A stretch of 21,863 nucleotides of DNA from Candidatus Zixiibacteriota bacterium (GCA_040235515.1 JBECKX010000050.1:1-21863), one strand, 5' to 3'; counted from the first letter of the stretch, positions 1 through 9,394 are shown. The notes: a model not told the origin generated them from the sequence alone. Numbers and translations: made by a program.

Positions 1-485
1 ATCTCGCGGACGATTTGTTCGACCGGCCGACCGCCGGGGTAGCGTTCGCTGATATCCACCGGCGCCGGGCAATCACAATATGCGGAGATCACCCGGAAGA
101 ACTCGATTTCACGATCGATTCCGATCGTGTTGAACACTTTGCGTGTGACGGAATTGTAGAAGGTTTCCGCCAGGTCGGTGTCGTACCGGCCAACCTGGCA
201 CCTGGGGAAAGCGGTCCTGACTCTTCTCCAGAACTGACGGTCGTGGAGGCGCGCACCCAGTTCGCGCTCTAATTGTACTGCGATATGGTCCAGGACCTCC
301 TCATAGAGGTCCATTCGCTCCAACGTATCGCTGCGAATCCCACTCCAGTCGCGCTGCTCGAAACGCCCGCGCACGCGACGGGTGATTTCGCGGAATCGAC
401 TCTGGAAATCATCGAAAACCGATCTGATCAACTGCGCCGTTGCTAGCGCCAACCTGTCCAGATCGGAGGTGGTAGCTTCTACCAT
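1..485 (-). CDS. aceK: Isocitrate dehydrogenase kinase/phosphatase, N-terminal part (runs off the window)
   Basis: Not in the ORF track. Hand translation from ATG 485 gives MVEATTSDLDRLALATAQLIRSVFDDFQSRFREITRRVRGRFEQRDWSGIRSDTLERMDLYEEV...DLAETFYNSVTRKVF, open to position 1. It matches recalled AceK N-terminal motifs (RF.E.T, RFEQ.DW, R..LY, AE.F.NSV). Confidence 0.9.
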   Translation of the reverse strand, partial: MVEATTSDLDRLALATAQLIRSVFDDFQSRFREITRRVRGRFEQRDWSGIRSDTLERMDLYEEVLDHIAVQLERELGARLHDRQFWRRVRTAFPRCQVGRYDTDLAETFYNSVTRKVFNTIGIDREIEFFRVISAYCDCPAPVDISERYPGGRPVEQIVRE

Positions 486-536
486 ACCGCCAACCAGCCA
501 GTCCGGACTGCCCTATCTTTGACAATCCACTCTATT

Positions 537-565
537 ATTATGGTGACGATTCGGCGAATGCGCAA
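537..565 (-). promoter_or_regulatory. Putative sigma70 promoter for aceK
   Basis: Minus strand TTGCGC-N17-CATAAT, about 50 nt upstream of the aceK ATG. Overlapped by the inverted repeat GGCGAAT...ATTCGCC (553-576). Confidence 0.4.
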
Positions 566-798
566 GGCGATTCGCCATAAAATCAGTTGGAAACAGTCCA
601 GAAGAGGTACGGTATGTGTAATTCTCTCGGGGGCATAGCGAAGAGTGGTCGGCGCCGGGCGTTCTCGATTAAGAGTGCAGGGAGATGTGTGGGGTGGAGA
701 CCGTTCAGGCTATTTTGCTGATAGCACAAGATCCTAGCGGCAGGAAGCAGCAGAAGCTGGTCATGCCGGCTAGCAGTACCGCCGCTGCAACTGAGAAG

Positions 799-2625
799 CT
801 AGGCCGGTGTCATTTTCCCAATCAGGCGCAAACCGTCGCCGATCAGTTTCTTCAATTCGCCTTCTGAATCAGCGCGCTCTTGCAGGAAGGACTCAATCTC
901 CGCCGCAACCGCATCATGGCCACCCTCGCTCCGAAGCAGCTCCAGGATTTCTAGTGGCAGCAGCCATTGCTCGGGAAAATCTCTTTGCAACACTCGCCAG
1001 ATATCAGGCAGTCCCTCAAAACCACTCTCTCGCTCGCGGATCGTGCGCACCGTCTGGAACAGCTTTTGAAGCTGCAACTCGCGATCACTGTACTTCACCT
1101 TAATCGTGCGTTCCTTCGGTACCAGTGATGGCTGCTGATAGGCGTCCTTATCCGCCGCGCCTGCAAACACCGAGACGATCTTCGACCCGACCGCCATATC
1201 ATACTTGCCCCACTCCGGCTTGAAGAGCAGGTCATCCCGATACGTAACCGTGCAATCAGTAAAGGTGATTAGCTGTATCTTGCCATCCTTGCAGAGGATA
1301 TCATCCACGACACCAACAACCTTGACACCACTTTCGAACAGCAGCTCGGTTTTCTTACCCTTGATCACCCCGTGATGCTCCAGCTCACCACCGCTGCAGC
1401 TCTCGAGCGGCACCGGACTATGTTTGAGTTTGCCCACCGGCGAGCCATAGCCATCCTTATGATAGTCGATGCCGTGACCGGGCAGCTCAGTGAATGCGTA
1501 GGCCAGATTCGTCGGGCCGGTCGTCTGGATGTAAGCCACTTCGCCGCGTTCATCGGTGATCATGTCGGTGAAGATCCCGGACACCTGTAATCCGGAAGTG
1601 AACTCGCACGTACTCACCGCCTGGCAGTCGATCGCCTTCTTCACACTCTCCACTCCACCCCGCTTCCAGGCCATCATCTCCGAAAACTCCGCGAGCACCT
1701 TATTGAGATGCTCGAAATCCGGCGTCACGAACAACTGCGGCTGCTGCGTGGTGATATCGAAGGCGTAATTCATGGCGTCGATCGTATAGGGGATCTTCTT
1801 CACCTCAGGCTTGAGGCAACTGGCTGATTCGCCGATCGACGAGAGGAGCCCTGCTCCGTAAATTTTCGGTTGGTCGAGAGTCCCGATCAGCCCATACTCG
1901 ACCGTCCACCAGTGGAGGCGCGAGAGCAGCGCCATCTCTGACGGCTCCCCGAGATTCTTCTGCTTGAACTCGACATCCGCTTCCGCGCGCTTAATCTCAT
2001 CCGCAGGCGTGTCCGGAGCCTCCTTGAGAATCGAGAGGTGTCTGATCGCCTGATACAATTCCCAGTCCTTCCGCGAAGACATCGCGCGCGCACCGACCTC
2101 ACCGAAGCGGCGCAGGTAGTCCGCATATTCCTCATCCGCGATGATCGGTGCATGACCGGCTGCTTCATGAATGATGTCCGGCGCGGGAGTATACTCGATA
2201 TGCTTCAACTGCCTGATATCCGCAGCGATCACCAACACTTTGTGTGCTTGATACTCCATGAAAGCGGCCGGCGGAATGAAGCCATCCACACAGACGGCGG
2301 CCCAGCCGATGCGCTGCAGGATCTCATTCATCTCGTGGATACTCGGAATCTTCTCAACACCGATTCCGGTCTTTTCAAGCCCCTCGAAGTAAACCAGGTG
2401 GGCATGCTCGCGCAGAAAATCATAGTTCTGTCGCATCACGTAACGCCAGACCGCATGGTTGATCGGGGTGTACTCGTCGTAGTTCTGATCTATGATATAC
2501 TGCTTGAGGTGCAGCGGCAGATTTCTGATGTTGTCATTATCTGGCAGGTCCATAAGTGCCGCAAACTGCTCCGCGCTGGTTGCTGCTGCGGTCTTTTCAT
2601 TAGCCTGAGCTTGCTTGGTGGCCAT
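799..2625 (-). CDS. phhA: Phenylalanine 4-monooxygenase (aromatic amino acid hydroxylase), long form with C-terminal extension
   Basis: PDIIHEAAGH (two Fe-binding His), WWTVEYGL (Fe-binding Glu) and YGAGLLSSIGE motifs. GGAGG SD upstream. Lies in the Tyr catabolic cluster. Confidence 0.92.
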   Translation of the reverse strand: MATKQAQANEKTAAATSAEQFAALMDLPDNDNIRNLPLHLKQYIIDQNYDEYTPINHAVWRYVMRQNYDFLREHAHLVYFEGLEKTGIGVEKIPSIHEMNEILQRIGWAAVCVDGFIPPAAFMEYQAHKVLVIAADIRQLKHIEYTPAPDIIHEAAGHAPIIADEEYADYLRRFGEVGARAMSSRKDWELYQAIRHLSILKEAPDTPADEIKRAEADVEFKQKNLGEPSEMALLSRLHWWTVEYGLIGTLDQPKIYGAGLLSSIGESASCLKPEVKKIPYTIDAMNYAFDITTQQPQLFVTPDFEHLNKVLAEFSEMMAWKRGGVESVKKAIDCQAVSTCEFTSGLQVSGIFTDMITDERGEVAYIQTTGPTNLAYAFTELPGHGIDYHKDGYGSPVGKLKHSPVPLESCSGGELEHHGVIKGKKTELLFESGVKVVGVVDDILCKDGKIQLITFTDCTVTYRDDLLFKPEWGKYDMAVGSKIVSVFAGAADKDAYQQPSLVPKERTIKVKYSDRELQLQKLFQTVRTIRERESGFEGLPDIWRVLQRDFPEQWLLPLEILELLRSEGGHDAVAAEIESFLQERADSEGELKKLIGDGLRLIGKMTPA

Positions 2626-2692
2626 CGCCAGCCCTCCGGAAATCGTTTCGGTTCACACCCCCTCCGCGGATTTCATACGCATGAATCAGCAT

Positions 2693-2723
2693 CCATGCTA
2701 TACAGATTTTACGATCAAAACAA
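2693..2723 (-). promoter_or_regulatory. Possible internal promoter for phhA
   Basis: Minus strand TTGTTT-N17-TAGCAT in the 127-nt gap. A CCGGAC/GTCCGG hairpin follows the stop of the upstream ligase gene. Confidence 0.3.
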
Positions 2724-2752
2724 GCGAAATGTCCCGGACGTCAGCAGTCCGG

Positions 2753-4687
2753 CTACAACTTCATATTCTCAAACTGCCTGAGCGCCTCAGGGTTAGCGAG
2801 CGCATCACGGTTGGTGACCTCCCTGCCCGCTACCGCATTCTTAACCGCCAGTTCCACCTTCTTACCGCTGATCGTGCGCGGGATAGCATCCACTGCCAAA
2901 ATTCGCGATGGCACATGACGCGGGCTTTGTTTGCTCCTGATCTCGCTTTTGATCTTCTGCTTTAACTCGTCGGTCAGAGTGCAACCGGGCTTGAGGACCA
3001 CGAACAGCACGATTTCAACCTCACCGTCCACCTCATGGTCTATCACCAGGCTGTCAGCGATCTCATCGAGTGCTTCAACCGGCGCGTAAATCTCGGCGGT
3101 GCCGATCCTCACTCCGGCTCGATTAAGTGTGGCGTCCGAACGACCATAGACAATCACTCCACCATGATCATTCACCTTGATGAAGTCCCCATGCCGCCAC
3201 ACGCCCGGATAATGTTCGTAGTATGCCGCCCTGTATTTGGCTCCATCCGGATCATCCCAGAACATCACCGGCCGCGACGGAAATGGCGCTGTGCAGACAA
3301 GTTCGCCGACTTCGTTGACCACGGGCTTACCGGCATCGTTGTAAACCTCAACCTTCATCCCCAGTCCCCGCGTCTGGATTTCTCCACGGTAGACCGGCAA
3401 CACGGGACTGCCCAGCATGAAACACGAGACTATGTCGGTTCCTCCCGATATTGAGGAGAGCTGAAGATCAGCCTTTACGTTCTTGTAAACCCAATCGAAG
3501 GTTGCTTCCGGCAGTGGTGATCCGGTCGAGAGAATAGCCCGCAACGCCTCAAGCTTGTGCGACACGCGGGGAACCAGTCCCTGGTGGGCACAGGTCTGCA
3601 GGTACTTCGGGCTGGTGCCGAAGATATTGATCTGTTCCGCATCAGCCGCATCCCACAAAACAGCTAGATTGGGATGCGCCGGGGAACCGTCATAAAGCAG
3701 TATCGCCGCGCCTTGATAGAGTGCTCCAACCAGCCAGTTCCACATCATCCAGCCACAAGTGGTGAAATAGAAAATCACATCATCCGGGCGCAAATCACAA
3801 TGAAGCGTGTGCTCCTTGAAGTGCTGAAGCAGTGTGCCACCTGCGCCGTGCACGATGCACTTAGGCTTTCCGGTCGTCCCCGACGAGTAGAGGATGTAGA
3901 GCGGCTGATCGAAATCCCCCTGAACAAATTCCAGCTCCGTTGCGGAGCGGTCCTCGAAGTCATCCCAGGCAGTCGCCTTCTCCAGACTGCTCGCTGCCGC
4001 ATCACCGAGGATCGGAATAATCACGACCCGTTCGAGTGACGGAAGGTGATTGATCACCTGCGCCACCCGGTCAACCGTTGAGATTGACTTGCCCATGAAG
4101 CGGTAGCCGTCTATCGCAATCAATACCTTCGGAGTGATCTGGCTGAATCTGTCGAGGACTCCCTGCTGACCGAAATCTGGCGAGCATGAGGACCAGATCG
4201 CGCCGAGGCTCGCCGTAGCGAGCATTCCAATAACCGCTTCAGGGATGTTTGGAATGTAGGCTGCCACCCGATCACCCTTCTTTACACCCGCACGCTTCAG
4301 CCCGGCGGCAAAGCGTGCCACGCGCCGATACAACTCAGCGTGAGATATCTTCCCCCGATCTCCTGATTCGTTCCAGTAAATGATCGCAGCCCGGTCGTCG
4401 CGGTGCCGCAACAGATTCTCGGCATAGTTGAGTTTCGCACCCGCAAACCAGCTACTGCCCCACATCTCGTTGCTCGAGAGTACCCCAGCATAGGATTCTG
4501 AGTGCTTGATTTTCGCAAACTCCCAGATGCTTTCCCAGAATCGGGGGATATTCGCGACCGACCAGCGATAAAGGTCGTGAAACCCGGCAAATTCAAGATT
4601 CTGCTCTTCTTTGAGATATTTCAGAAATGCCGCCGTATTGGATGCGGCTATCCTATCGGCCGATGGGCGCCAGATTGGTTGCGACAT
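2753..4687 (-). CDS. Acetoacetate-CoA ligase (acetoacetyl-CoA synthetase)
   Basis: AMP-binding motif YSSGTTGKPKCIVH, plus family-typical WSSCSPDFG, TTCGWMMWNWL, SISGGTD, WRHGDF, GRSDATLN and SGKKVELAVK. Confidence 0.93.
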   Translation of the reverse strand: MSQPIWRPSADRIAASNTAAFLKYLKEEQNLEFAGFHDLYRWSVANIPRFWESIWEFAKIKHSESYAGVLSSNEMWGSSWFAGAKLNYAENLLRHRDDRAAIIYWNESGDRGKISHAELYRRVARFAAGLKRAGVKKGDRVAAYIPNIPEAVIGMLATASLGAIWSSCSPDFGQQGVLDRFSQITPKVLIAIDGYRFMGKSISTVDRVAQVINHLPSLERVVIIPILGDAAASSLEKATAWDDFEDRSATELEFVQGDFDQPLYILYSSGTTGKPKCIVHGAGGTLLQHFKEHTLHCDLRPDDVIFYFTTCGWMMWNWLVGALYQGAAILLYDGSPAHPNLAVLWDAADAEQINIFGTSPKYLQTCAHQGLVPRVSHKLEALRAILSTGSPLPEATFDWVYKNVKADLQLSSISGGTDIVSCFMLGSPVLPVYRGEIQTRGLGMKVEVYNDAGKPVVNEVGELVCTAPFPSRPVMFWDDPDGAKYRAAYYEHYPGVWRHGDFIKVNDHGGVIVYGRSDATLNRAGVRIGTAEIYAPVEALDEIADSLVIDHEVDGEVEIVLFVVLKPGCTLTDELKQKIKSEIRSKQSPRHVPSRILAVDAIPRTISGKKVELAVKNAVAGREVTNRDALANPEALRQFENMKL

Positions 4688-4761
4688 TCAACTTCCCTCT
4701 GATCAATGCGAAGTCCCAACTCAGATTTCAGCGGTCTCATGCGACGCGCGAATGTATCGGG

Positions 4762-5742
4762 TCAGTTCTGCGCTGACCGGTTGAGCCAGTAACCCAGTAC
4801 TTTCCACGCAAACTCACGGTCGTCGCGCTGGTCGAGCGCAACCCGTGCCGTGCGATGAAAGAGCGACTCCAGTGCGCTTGCCCCTGCCGTCATTGCGGCA
4901 CAGGCCAGTTTCCACATCGCTTCATACTGCCCCTCTCGCTCCATACGCTCAAACAGGGTTGCGGAATACTCGACCCCGGACTCAGGTTTCGGCAGTGAAG
5001 CAATCTCGTCTTCACCGGGGATCGTCTGGTAATTTCCAAGCTGAGCAAGATTGTTGGCTGAGAGCAGGTGCGATTGCTTGATCGAAGCGGGCAGGCCGTC
5101 GTAGCCGATCAGGGGCGTCGCGGGCGGCTTGGGTAACTGAAAGAGATTCTCTGCCGTGACCCGGGACCACCACGCACCACCGTTGCGCGCCACGTGGCCA
5201 ATGCGTGCGGGGTGAATAATGTTGCCTTCAAGCAACTCTTCTGCGATATGAAATTTCACGACCTCGCAGATCGCCAGGTTCCCCGATGCTTTGCTCTCGC
5301 CTAAGTGAACCATCTGCGTCAGCTTGCACTCCATCTGAAATGGTGATTCGGCTACCCTTGGCGGTCTGACTATGTCGGAAGCCACCGGCGTCAATCCTGA
5401 TTTTTCGAATTCATCCACTTCAGACGGCCATTCAGCCGAGGCGAGGTTGACCTGGTGCATGATCGAGTGCGTTACTGCCTGAATCGTGCACTCCTTCGTT
5501 GCCATCAGATTATTGTATGTGTCCTTCAGCGTTCCATCGCGTCCACGACGTGCCGGTGAAAATGCCACCGTCGGTGGATTTGCACCAAAAGCGTTAAAGA
5601 ATGAAAAGGGTGACAGGTTGCGTTTGCCATCGCTGCTGAGCGTCGAGACCAGGGCAATAGGCCGCGGGGCAACCCCGCTGAGCAGGTAGGCATGCACCTG
5701 CGGAACTGTCATTTCCTTCGGCTCGATATGAATCATTGTCAT
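4762..5742 (-). CDS. Flavin reductase-like (DIM6/NTAB family) protein with C-terminal extension
   Basis: PRPIALVST, NLSPFSFFN, KDTYNNL, VDEFEKSGLT and PPRVAESPFQMECK motifs. Start could be 5742 or 5736. Confidence 0.85.
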   Translation of the reverse strand: MTMIHIEPKEMTVPQVHAYLLSGVAPRPIALVSTLSSDGKRNLSPFSFFNAFGANPPTVAFSPARRGRDGTLKDTYNNLMATKECTIQAVTHSIMHQVNLASAEWPSEVDEFEKSGLTPVASDIVRPPRVAESPFQMECKLTQMVHLGESKASGNLAICEVVKFHIAEELLEGNIIHPARIGHVARNGGAWWSRVTAENLFQLPKPPATPLIGYDGLPASIKQSHLLSANNLAQLGNYQTIPGEDEIASLPKPESGVEYSATLFERMEREGQYEAMWKLACAAMTAGASALESLFHRTARVALDQRDDREFAWKVLGYWLNRSAQN

Positions 5743-5785
5743 ACTACGGTGATATTAAGTGGTCGCGCGCCGCTGTAAGCGGTCA

Positions 5786-6829
5786 TCAGGCCCCTACCTG
5801 TTCCGGAACCGCTTTCTTTTTCGCCAGGATCGAACGATCCTTATCGGCTTTGACGATCGTGTGCGTCAGCTTGCCGAGCAACTCGATCTCAAGCTCGATC
5901 GTGTCTCCCACCTGCAGCCAGACCGGCTCATACACCTGGCCTGCTTCTTTGGCTTCCAGCGTGCGGGTACCATTCAACTCCAGGTAACAACCGGTCCCGA
6001 CGGTACCGGAACCGATCACATCACCGGGGTAGAGATCGACGCCATACGACGCCCGCTCGATGATCTCGGCGAAGGTCCAGTTCATCGAATTCAGATTACC
6101 CTCCGATATCTGTTCGCCATTGTGTCTGGCGGTCATCTTCAAATCCCAGGTATTGCCAAACTTCGTCTTCTGCGAGCGCTCCTGCAACTCGTCGGGAGTA
6201 ACCAACCATGGACCGATCGCGGTGGCAAAATCCTTACCCTTCGCCGGTCCCAGGTTCAACTTCATCTCCTCCATTTGCAGGACGCGGGCCGAGAAGTCAT
6301 TCATGATCGTCAACCCGGCGATATGCTTGTCGGCCTCACTCGCCTCGATGTTCCGCCCACCTTTGCCGATCACGATGGCGCACTCCAGCTCGAAATCGAG
6401 CTTCTGCAGGTGGTCCTTTTCAACCACCAGTTCCCCCCCACCGATGATCGAGTTGTGGTTGGTAAAATAGAACACCGGGTACTGATCGAATTCCGGAATC
6501 ATCGGAACGCCACGATTACGACGCGCGGTCGCGACATGCTGGCGGAAGGCATAAGCATCGCGGCATGACGGCGGTTTGGGTACGGGGGCCAGCAGGCTCC
6601 TGACATCCTCTTTACACTCGCCCTCGGCAACTTTCCCTGAAGCGATCGCGGCCTCGACCTCACGGGCACGATCCATGAGCTTCTCCCCACCTGCCAGGAA
6701 TCGATTCATCTCTACGGGCAGTTCGAGATTGAGCTTCGATCCGCTCTTCTGCAGATCGAAGATCTGATTGTTAACGTAAAGTCCGGTCCTGATCTCGTTA
6801 GTCTTGGTGAGGAACGATATAAGCTTCAT
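5786..6829 (-). CDS. Fumarylacetoacetate hydrolase family protein
   Basis: LDFELE, NDFSAR, AKGKDFAT.IGP and GDVIGSGT FAH motifs. Sits in the homogentisate pathway cluster. Confidence 0.9.
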   Translation of the reverse strand: MKLISFLTKTNEIRTGLYVNNQIFDLQKSGSKLNLELPVEMNRFLAGGEKLMDRAREVEAAIASGKVAEGECKEDVRSLLAPVPKPPSCRDAYAFRQHVATARRNRGVPMIPEFDQYPVFYFTNHNSIIGGGELVVEKDHLQKLDFELECAIVIGKGGRNIEASEADKHIAGLTIMNDFSARVLQMEEMKLNLGPAKGKDFATAIGPWLVTPDELQERSQKTKFGNTWDLKMTARHNGEQISEGNLNSMNWTFAEIIERASYGVDLYPGDVIGSGTVGTGCYLELNGTRTLEAKEAGQVYEPVWLQVGDTIELEIELLGKLTHTIVKADKDRSILAKKKAVPEQVGA

Positions 6830-7994
6830 CTTTAGTTTCCTGCTCTTCGCCTTTCTGCATTGCTTCTCTGTTACCCTCGGTCTTGGAGGTAAATACTTCC
6901 TTCATCCCGGCCATGACATCCCTGATGACATCAATGGCAAAATCTGTCTCATCATCGCTGCCGGAGTTGATCCTGATCCCCTCCGGGATTCCGAACGATT
7001 TCACGTGCCTGACGATCAAACCACGATCGAGGCACTCGTTGAAAAACCACTCGGCCTGCTCCTCGGAGGCGAACACCAATAGCAGCGAATTGCAGTAAGT
7101 TGGTACGTACTCAATTCCCAGCTCGCTAAAAGCTTCCTCGAAACGAGCAAGCGAACGACGATTCAACTCCATCGTCCGCTTCAAAAAGTCGTAGTCTCTC
7201 AGCGCCGCTGTGCCGGCCACCTGGGCTAAGTGATTCGGCTCAAACGGCAGCTTAACTTTGCTGAGCGCGGTGATCAGATCCTCGGGCCCGACGGCAAACC
7301 CCACCCGCAGTCCACCGAGACCATATGCCTTTGAGAGCGTGCGAGTCACGATAAAGTTGGGGAGGCTGTAGCTCAAACCGTCAGGGTATTCCGGGTGGTC
7401 GTTGACGTACTGGCAGTACGCCTCATCATGAACGACGATAATGTTGTCGGGCACACGGCTCAGGAACCAATCGAGCCGATCCCTGGTGATGATCGTGCCG
7501 GTTGGATTGTTTGGATTCGCGAGATAGATTATCCGAGTACGGTCACTGATGGCATCGAGGATCGCCTCGAGGTCGAACTCGTAATTCTTCAGTTCCGTCC
7601 GAACCAACCTCCGCCCAAGCTTGTTGGTGTTGACATACGCACCGATAAATGTCCCCATCGAGGTGAGCACTTCGTCGTCGTCATCCGAGAACGCCATGAT
7701 GATGTACTCCAGGATGGCGTCCGTGCCATGTCCGCAGACGATGCGCTGCGGCGGCACACCGAACTCCTGTGAGATTGCCTGCACCAGTTCGTAGGCATTG
7801 GGATCGACGTAGAGGTGTGACTGCGGAAGTGCCTGCTGAATCGCCTGCAGCGCCAGCGGGGATGGCCCGTTCGGGTTTTCATTCGAGGCCAGCTTTACAA
7901 TCCGCTCCAGCCCCTTCTCGCGAGCCAGCTCCGAGATCGGTTTACCCGCCTTGTAGGGCCAGAGGTTTTCTATATGGTCCGGTATCTTGATCAT
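6798..7994 (-). CDS. HisC-type (class Ib) PLP aminotransferase; probably the Tyr/Phe aminotransferase here
   Basis: LASNENP, NPNNPTG, DEAY and RTLSKAYGLGGLRVG (PLP lysine) motifs. ATG 7994 has a GAGGGA SD, so it is preferred over TTG 8009. Overlaps the FAH gene by 32 nt. Confidence 0.85.
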   Translation of the reverse strand: MIKIPDHIENLWPYKAGKPISELAREKGLERIVKLASNENPNGPSPLALQAIQQALPQSHLYVDPNAYELVQAISQEFGVPPQRIVCGHGTDAILEYIIMAFSDDDDEVLTSMGTFIGAYVNTNKLGRRLVRTELKNYEFDLEAILDAISDRTRIIYLANPNNPTGTIITRDRLDWFLSRVPDNIIVVHDEAYCQYVNDHPEYPDGLSYSLPNFIVTRTLSKAYGLGGLRVGFAVGPEDLITALSKVKLPFEPNHLAQVAGTAALRDYDFLKRTMELNRRSLARFEEAFSELGIEYVPTYCNSLLLVFASEEQAEWFFNECLDRGLIVRHVKSFGIPEGIRINSGSDDETDFAIDVIRDVMAGMKEVFTSKTEGNREAMQKGEEQETKDEAYIVPHQD

Positions 7995-8147
7995 ATCAAG
8001 TTCCCTCAAATATCCTGATACCGGAAGATACCATATCCAGGACTCTCACACAAACCACTGCGAGAGAGTTTGGCATGAAATCTCGACGCTGCTATCGTAC
8101 AAAGATCGGCATGAATCGCATCACCCGTTGCGATCACCACCGAAGAA

Positions 8148-9320
8148 CTAACTTGCATCCTCATCGAGCCACGAATTGGCGTAATTCGGATCGATCGTGT
8201 CTTTGACGTTGGTCGTCACATAGAGTGGCGTGAAGGTGTCCACCATCACCGCATATTCATTGGTACCCTTCTTCCCGATCGACGCCTCAGTCTTACCCGG
8301 CTGCGGTCCATGCGGCATGCCACCCGGATGCAGAGTTATCGAGCCCTCTTCGATCCCCTTGCGCGACATGAAATCCCCCTCCGCATAGTAGATGATCTCG
8401 TCCGAATCGATGTTCGAATGGAAATAAGGTGCCGGTATCGCCTGTTCATCGAAGTCGTAGGGCCGGGGACAGAAATTGCACAACACGAAATTCTTGGTCA
8501 GATAGAGCAGGTGCGCCGGCGGCGGCAGGTGGTAGCGCCCCACTTTCGGCGCGTAGTCCCTGATATTGAATGCATGAGGATAGTTGTAGCCATCCCAGCC
8601 AACGACGTCAAACGGATGATGCGGGATAATATACTCGTAGGCCTTATCCCACGCCTTGATGATCAAGCGGAAGTCACCCTCCCTGTCAACCGGCTCAAGA
8701 TACTCCGGTAGCTTGATATCGCGCTCACACAGCGGCGCGCCCTCGAGCAACTGGCCATGCTCATTCTTGTAATGATCCGGCAGCTCAAAGGGCGTGTCGG
8801 ATTCGACGATGAAGATCTTGTTCCCCTCCAGCTTGTCAAAGACCAACTGGTAGGTGGTGCCACGTGGGATCAGGATCTGATCACCCTCGACGAAATCTAA
8901 CTGGCCATACTCCGACAACAGTTTCCCGGTGCCGTGATGGATAAAGATATATTCGGTCGCGAATGCGTTGCGGTAGAAATCTTCGGTGTTTTCTGTCGGA
9001 TTCGCCGTGGCAATCTTCGTGTGGTTATTGCGCATGAAGAGATTTCTTGCGGTGATAAAGTTGCCGGGCGTTTTTTTCCTGTCGGTGAAGAAATGGTAAT
9101 AGAGCAGCGGTGCTTCTTCCCATACCGGCGCTTCCTTGAGGTCAAGGTGCGTCGCGCTCTTCACGCGCGTAGGCATATGAATATGGTACTTGTTCGTAAA
9201 GATTCCCGAGAAACCGCGTGTGGAGAACAACTCCTCGCGATACAGCTTCTTGCCGTCATCCTTGTAGAAAACGGTGTGCGGTTTGCGCGGCAGCTTTCCC
9301 AGCTTATGATAGAACGGCAT
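8148..9320 (-). CDS. hmgA: Homogentisate 1,2-dioxygenase
   Basis: HPFDVVGWDG, HLPPPAH, PYFHSNIDSDE and LHPGGMPHGP (Fe ligands). GGAGG SD upstream. Confidence 0.95.
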   Translation of the reverse strand: MPFYHKLGKLPRKPHTVFYKDDGKKLYREELFSTRGFSGIFTNKYHIHMPTRVKSATHLDLKEAPVWEEAPLLYYHFFTDRKKTPGNFITARNLFMRNNHTKIATANPTENTEDFYRNAFATEYIFIHHGTGKLLSEYGQLDFVEGDQILIPRGTTYQLVFDKLEGNKIFIVESDTPFELPDHYKNEHGQLLEGAPLCERDIKLPEYLEPVDREGDFRLIIKAWDKAYEYIIPHHPFDVVGWDGYNYPHAFNIRDYAPKVGRYHLPPPAHLLYLTKNFVLCNFCPRPYDFDEQAIPAPYFHSNIDSDEIIYYAEGDFMSRKGIEEGSITLHPGGMPHGPQPGKTEASIGKKGTNEYAVMVDTFTPLYVTTNVKDTIDPNYANSWLDEDAS

Positions 9321-9394
9321 TATGCCTTACCTCCAGATATTCGTTACGCGACCAAACTGTTGTAATCGATCAACACCCGCGTGCATCAAGTGCA

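Noticed and set aside
15..272. 85-aa plus-strand ORF
   Set aside because: Antisense shadow of aceK.
685..867. 60-aa plus-strand ORF in the aceK-phhA gap
   Set aside because: No recognisable motif, and it overlaps the 3' end of phhA in antisense.
2696..2713. TyrR/PhhR-box-like TGCTAT-N6-TTTACG upstream of phhA
   Set aside because: Only 8 of 12 positions match TGTAAA-N6-TTTACA, it is single copy, and no TyrR-family gene is in the window.
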